64,000 nt of DNA, from the NCBI GenBank assembly GCA_048013815.1, contig CM106586.1:14322001-14386000 (forward strand). The letters run 5' to 3'. Source of the stretch: Setoptus koraiensis (lineage: Eukaryota; Animalia; Arthropoda). Shown here piece by piece: positions 58,956 to 64,000 of the stretch. The position numbers and the translations under genes were made by a program. Within the stretch, counting starts at the first letter, position 1; each line of letters begins with the position of its first letter. The notes under the pieces are model-generated. The model was not told where the DNA came from and did not search any database. It saw only the letters and a list, made by a program, of their open reading frames with translations.

Positions 58956-61900
58956 AGAGATTATTATTATTAGTGGTGGTGGTGTTTTGTGGTGTGTGTA
59001 TGTGGGGTGATATGTGGGTGTATGTGAGAGAGATTATTATTATTAGTGTGGTGGTTTTGTGTGGTGTGGTGTATGTGGGTGATATGTGGGTGTATGTGAG
59101 AGAGATTATTATTATTAGGTGTGTGTTTTGTTGTGTGTGGGTGTATGTGGGTGATATGTGGGTGTATGTGAGAGAGATTATTATTATTAGTGGTGGTTTT
59201 GTGTGTGGTGTGGGTGTATGTGGGTGATATGTGGGTGTATGTGAGAGAGATTATTATTATTAGTGGTGGGTGGGTTTTGTGTTGTGTGGGTGTATGTGGG
59301 TGATATGTGGGTGTATGTGAGAGAGATTATTATTATTAGTTGGTGTTTTGTGTTGGTGTGGGTGTATGTGGGGTGATATGTGGTGTATGTGAGAGAGATT
59401 ATTATTATTAGTGGTGGGTTTTGGTTGTGTGTGGGTGTATGTGGGTGATATGTGGGTGTATGTGAGAGAGATTATTATTATTAGTGGTGTGGTTTTTGTG
59501 GGTGTGTGGGTGTATGTGGGGTGATATGTGGTGTATGTGAGAGAGATTATTATTATTAGTGTGGTGTTTTGTGTTGTGTGGGTGTATGTGGGTGATATGT
59601 GGGTGTATGTGAGAGAGATTATTATTATTAGGGTGGTGTTTTGTGTGTGTGTGGGTGTATGTGGGTGATATGTGGGTGTATGTGAGAGAGATTATTATTA
59701 TTAGGGTGGTGGGTTTTTGTGTGTGTGGTGTATGTGGGGTGATATGTGGGTGTATGTGAGAGAGATTATTATTATTAGGGGTGGGTGGGTTTTGTGTGTT
59801 GTGGGTGTATGTGGGTGATATGTGGGTGTATGTGAGAGAGATTATTATTATTAGTGGTGGTGGTTTTGTTGTTGTGGGTGTATGTGGGGTGATATGTGGG
59901 TGTATGTGAGAGAGATTATTATTATTAGTGGTGGTGGTTTTGTGTGTGTGGGTGTATGTGGGTGATATGTGGTGTATGTGAGAGAGATTATTATTATTAG
60001 GGTGGTGTTTTGTTGTGTGTGGGTGTATGTGGGTGATATGTGGGTGTATGTGAGAGAGATTATTATTATTAGGTGTGGTGTTTTTGTGTGTGTGGGTGTA
60101 TGTGGGGGTGATATGTGGGTGTATGTGAGAGAGATTATTATTATTAGGGTGGTGGTTTTGTGTGTGTGTGGTGTATGTGGGTGATATGTGGGTGTATGTG
60201 AGAGAGATTATTATTATTAGTGTGGTGGGGTTTTGTGTTGTGGGGTGTATGTGGGTGATATGTGGGTGTATGTGAGAGAGATTATTATTATTAGTGGTGG
60301 TGTTTTGTTGTGTGTGGGTGTATGTGGGGTGATATGTGGGTGTATGTGAGAGAGATTATTATTATTAGTGGTGGGTGGTTTTGTTGTGTGTGGGTGTATG
60401 TGGGGTGATATGTGGGTGTATGTGAGAGAGATTATTATTATTAGGTGTGGGTGTTTTGTGTGTGTGTGGGTGTATGTGGGTGATATGTGGGTGTATGTGA
60501 GAGAGATTATTATTATTATGGTGGGTGGGTTTTGTGTTGTGGGTGTATGTGGGTGATATGTGGTGTATGTGAGAGAGATTATTATTATTAGTGTGGTGGT
60601 TTTGTGTTGTGTGGGTGTATGTGGGTGATATGTGGTGTATGTGAGAGAGATTATTATTATTAGTGTGGTGTTTTTGGTTGTGTGGGTGTATGTGGGTGAT
60701 ATGTGGGTGTATGTGAGAGAGATTATTATTATTAGGTGTGGGTTTTGTTGTGTGTGGTGTATGTGGGTGATATGTGGTGTATGTGAGAGAGATTATTATT
60801 ATTAGTGGTGTGGTTTTGTTGTGTGTGGTGTATGTGGGGTGATATGTGGGTGTATGTGAGAGAGATTATTATTATTAGTGTGGTGTTTTTGTTGTGTGGG
60901 TGTATGTGGGTGATATGTGGGTGTATGTGAGAGAGATTATTATTATTAGGTGGTGTTTTTTGTTGTGTGGTGTATGTGGGTGATATGTGGTGTATGTGAG
61001 AGAGATTATTATTATTAGTTGGTGTTTTGTTGTGTGTGGGTGTATGTGGGTGATATGTGGTGTATGTGAGAGAGATTATTATTATTAGTGGTGTGGTTTT
61101 GTTGTGTGTGGGTGTATGTGGGGTGATATGTGGGTGTATGTGAGAGAGATTATTATTATTAGGTGGGTGTTTTTGTGTTGTGGTGTATGTGGGTGATATG
61201 TGGGTGTATGTGAGAGAGATTATTATTATTAGGTGGTGGTTTTTGTGTTGTGGGTGTATGTGGGGTGATATGTGGGTGTATGTGAGAGAGATTATTATTA
61301 TTAGTGGTGTTTTTGTTGTTGTGGTGTATGTGGGTGATATGTGGGTGTATGTGAGAGAGATTATTATTATTAGTGTGGTTTTTTGTGTTGTGGTGTATGT
61401 GGGTGATATGTGGGTGTATGTGAGAGAGATTATTATTATTAGTGTGGTGTTTTTGTGTGTGTGGTGTATGTGGGTGATATGTGGGTGTATGTGAGAGAGA
61501 TTATTATTATTAGTGGTGGTTTTTGTTGTGTGGGTGTATGTGGGTGATATGTGGTGTATGTGAGAGAGATTATTATTATTAGGTGGTGTTTTTGTGTGTG
61601 TGGGTGTATGTGGGTGATATGTGGTGTATGTGAGAGAGATTATTATTATTAGTGTGGTGTTTTGTTGTTGTGGGTGTATGTGGGTGATATGTGGGTGTAT
61701 GTGAGAGAGATTATTATTATTAGTGGTGGTGTTTTGTTGTGTGTGGTGTATGTGGGTGATATGTGGTGTATGTGAGAGAGATTATTATTATTAGTGTGGT
61801 GGTTTTTGTGTTGTGGGTGTATGTGGGTGATATGTGGTGTATGTGAGAGAGATTATTATTATTAGTGTGGTGTTTTGTGTGTGTGTGGTGTATGTGGGTG

Positions 61901-62420
61901 ATATGTGGTGTATGTGAGAGAGATTATTATTATTAGTGGTGGTGGTTTTTGTGTTGTGGGTGTATGTGGGTGATATGTGGGTGTATGTGAGAGAGATTAT
62001 TATTATTAGGTGTGGTGTTTTTTGTGTTGTGGTGTATGTGGGTGATATGTGGGTGTATGTGAGAATTATTATTATTATTATGTGGTGTTTTGGGTTTGTT
62101 GTGGGGTGTATGTGGTTATATGTGGTTATGTGAGAGAGATTATTATTATTATTTTTTTGTTTGTGTGGGTGTATGTGGGTATATGTGGTGTATGTGAGAG
62201 AATTATTATTATTATGGTTGGTTTTGGTGTGTGTGTGGGTGTATGTGGGGTGATATGGGTGTATGTGAGAGAGATTATTATTAGTGGGGGGGGGTGTTTT
62301 TGTTGTGTGTGGTGTATGTGGGGGTTGATATGTGGGTTTATGTGAGAGAGATTATTATTATTAGGGTGGTGGTGGTTTTTTGTGGTGTGGGTGTATGTGG
62401 TGATATGTGGTATGTGAGAG
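58956..62420. repeat. Noisy tandem array of about 79-bp units (about 44 copies) with no cytosine on the + strand; likely unpolished or artefactual
   Basis: Unit approximately gtgggtgatatgtgggtgtatgtgagagagattattattattag(tg/gt-rich variable part). Differences between copies are mostly small indels in G/T runs. Confidence 0.9.
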
Positions 62421-63282
62421 AGAGGGGTGGGCGGGGGGGGGGGGGCGGGGGGTGTGGGGGGCGGGCGCGGGGGGGGCGGGGGGGGGTGGGGGGGTGGGGG
62501 CGGGGTTGGGTGGGGGGGGGGGGGTGTGGGGGGGGGGGGCGGGGGGGGGGGTGGGGAGTGGGGGGGGGGTGGGTGGGGGGTGTGGTGTGTGTGTGGGGGG
62601 TGGTGGGGTGAGGGGTGTGTGTGGGGGGTGGGGGGGGGGTGGGGGGGGTGTGGGGGGTGTGTGGGGTGTGTGGGGGGGGTGGTGGGAGTGGGGGGGTGGG
62701 GGTGTGTGGTGTGGGTGTGTGTGGTGGAGTGGGGTGGGGGGGGGGGGGGGGGGGTGGTGTGGTGGGGTGTGGTGGGGGTGAGGGGGGGAGGGGTGAGTGT
62801 GTGGGGTGGGGGTGTGGGGGGGGGGAGGCGTGGTGTGGGGGGGTGGGGGGGGGGGGAGGGGAGGTGGGGAGGGGGGGGTTGGGGGGGGGGGTGGGTGTGG
62901 GGTGTGGTGGGGGTGGGGGGGGGGGGGGGGGGGGAGGGAGGGGTGGGGGGGGAGGGCGGGGGGGGGTTGGGGGGGGGGGTGGGGGAGGGGAGGGTGGGGG
63001 TGGGTGGTGGGGGGGGTGGAGGGGGGGTGGGGGTGGGGGGGAGGAGGTGGGAGGGGGTGGAGGGGGGAGGGGGGGTGGTGGGTGGGGGGGGGGGGGGGGG
63101 GGTGGGGTGGGGGGGGGGGGGGTGGGGGGGCGGGGGGGCGGGCGGGGGGTGGGGGGGGGTGGGGGGCGGGGGCGGGGGGGAGGTGGGGGGGGGGTGGTGG
63201 GAGGGTGAGTTGTGGGTGGGGCGGGGGGTAGATGTTGTATTTTTTTTTTTGTTTTTTTTTTATTGTTTTTGTTTTTTGTTTG

Positions 63283-63313
<31 letters not shown>

Positions 63314-63370
63314 TTTTTTTTTTTTTTATTTTTTTTTTTTTTTTTTTTTTTTATTTTTTTTTTTTTCTTT
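62421..63370. other. Poly-G then poly-T low-complexity junk, probably a sequencing artefact
   Basis: The array degrades progressively into G runs (about 62421-63230), then T runs (about 63240-63370), and abuts UCKL1 coding sequence mid-domain. Confidence 0.85.
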
Positions 63371-63372
63371 GT

Positions 63373-64000
63373 ATAACAGAACGCGGAAGAGAACTAGAAG
63401 GGGTCTTGAAGCAATATAACAAATTTGTCAAGCCGGCCTTCGATCACCATATCGCTCCATCCATGATTCATGCCGATCTTATAGTTCCACGTGGTGGAGA
63501 AAATAAAGTTGCCATAAACTTAATTGTTCGCCACGTTCACACACAGTTACAATCTCGTGGCGTTAAATTAAGATCAAAACTTGTTAATTGCCACATAGAC
63601 CAACCATTGCCAAAGACACTTAAGGTTTTGCATCCAACATCTCAAGTATTAGGAAATCATACAATTATTAGAAATGTTTGCACCAACAGGGATGAATTTA
63701 TTTTCTATTCTAAGCGCCTGATGAGACTACTAACCGAATATACACTATCATTATTAAATTTCAAAGATGTTACAGTTGATACACCCCAGAATGTCAAATA
63801 TCACGGTAAACGCCTCGATTGCAGTAAAGGTATATGCGGAGTTTCTATATTGCGAGCGGGAGAAACTATGGAACAAGCCTTGTGCGATGTTGTTAAAGAT
63901 GTGCGTCTCGGAAAAATTCTAATTCAGACCAACCAAGAATCAGATGAGCCTGAGTTGATATACTTAAGACTGCCAAGAGATATCAAAGAGTACCAAGTTA
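63373..64000 (+). CDS. UCKL1: Uridine-cytidine kinase-like 1, internal fragment (end of kinase domain plus UPRT-like domain; runs off the right edge)
   Basis: Not in the ORF track. Hand translation: [52 protein letters not shown]...[15 protein letters not shown]...[12 protein letters not shown]...GKILIQTN...PELIYLRLP. Confidence 0.95.
   Translation, partial: MTERGRELEGVLKQYNKFVKPAFDHHIAPSMIHADLIVPRGGENKVAINLIVRHVHTQLQSRGVKLRSKLVNCHIDQPLPKTLKVLHPTSQVLGNHTIIRNVCTNRDEFIFYSKRLMRLLTEYTLSLLNFKDVTVDTPQNVKYHGKRLDCSKGICGVSILRAGETMEQALCDVVKDVRLGKILIQTNQESDEPELIYLRLPRDIKEYQV

Noticed and set aside
58956-62420. CRISPR-like, telomeric or PacBio-adapter interpretation of the array
   Set aside because: The variable parts are noisy versions of one sequence, not unique spacers, and no cas genes are present. 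TTAGG occurs only singly. Only 9 nt (GAGAGAGAT) match the SMRTbell stem and its complementary half is absent.
59969-63419. ORFs with GDMWVYVREIIII and poly-Gly repeats
   Set aside because: They are open only because the low-complexity DNA has few stop codons.

Overview
AT-rich, gene-dense, intron-poor animal DNA. It is most consistent with an arthropod, probably a streamlined mite such as an eriophyoid; this is inferred from gene content and architecture, not proven. Genes left to right: doublecortin-domain protein (partial, -), 9-exon p190RhoGAP (+), tetraspanin (-), truncated IFT140-like (+), orphan secreted or type II membrane glycoprotein (+), Df31/prothymosin-like acidic protein (-), COQ10 (+), PRADC1 (-), SMIM12 (-), Smoothened (-), orphan helical protein (+), lark/RBM4-like with one RRM (-), intron-containing tRNA-Tyr(GTA) (+), Cdc42 (+), MIER (-), Sans/USH1G (-), AMBRA1 (+), HRG-1-like heme transporter (-), RNF11 (+), decayed serine-protease remnants (+), and UCKL1 (+), which is split by a 500-N gap and about 4.4 kb of probably artefactual repeat. 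The main unexplained structure is repeated deletion-driven collapse of local duplications. A 660-bp mosaic at 37.3-38.0 kb is stitched from four pieces of neighbouring loci, in the order expected for a collapsed tandem duplication of at least 7.3 kb. A similar remnant lies at 16.35-16.6 kb, and a protease pseudogene has its His and Ser motifs fused by deletion. Several conserved proteins are also pruned or altered: IFT140, lark and Smoothened. No prokaryotic-type systems, CRISPR arrays or recognisable intact transposons were seen. Exon structures and alignments were done by eye.
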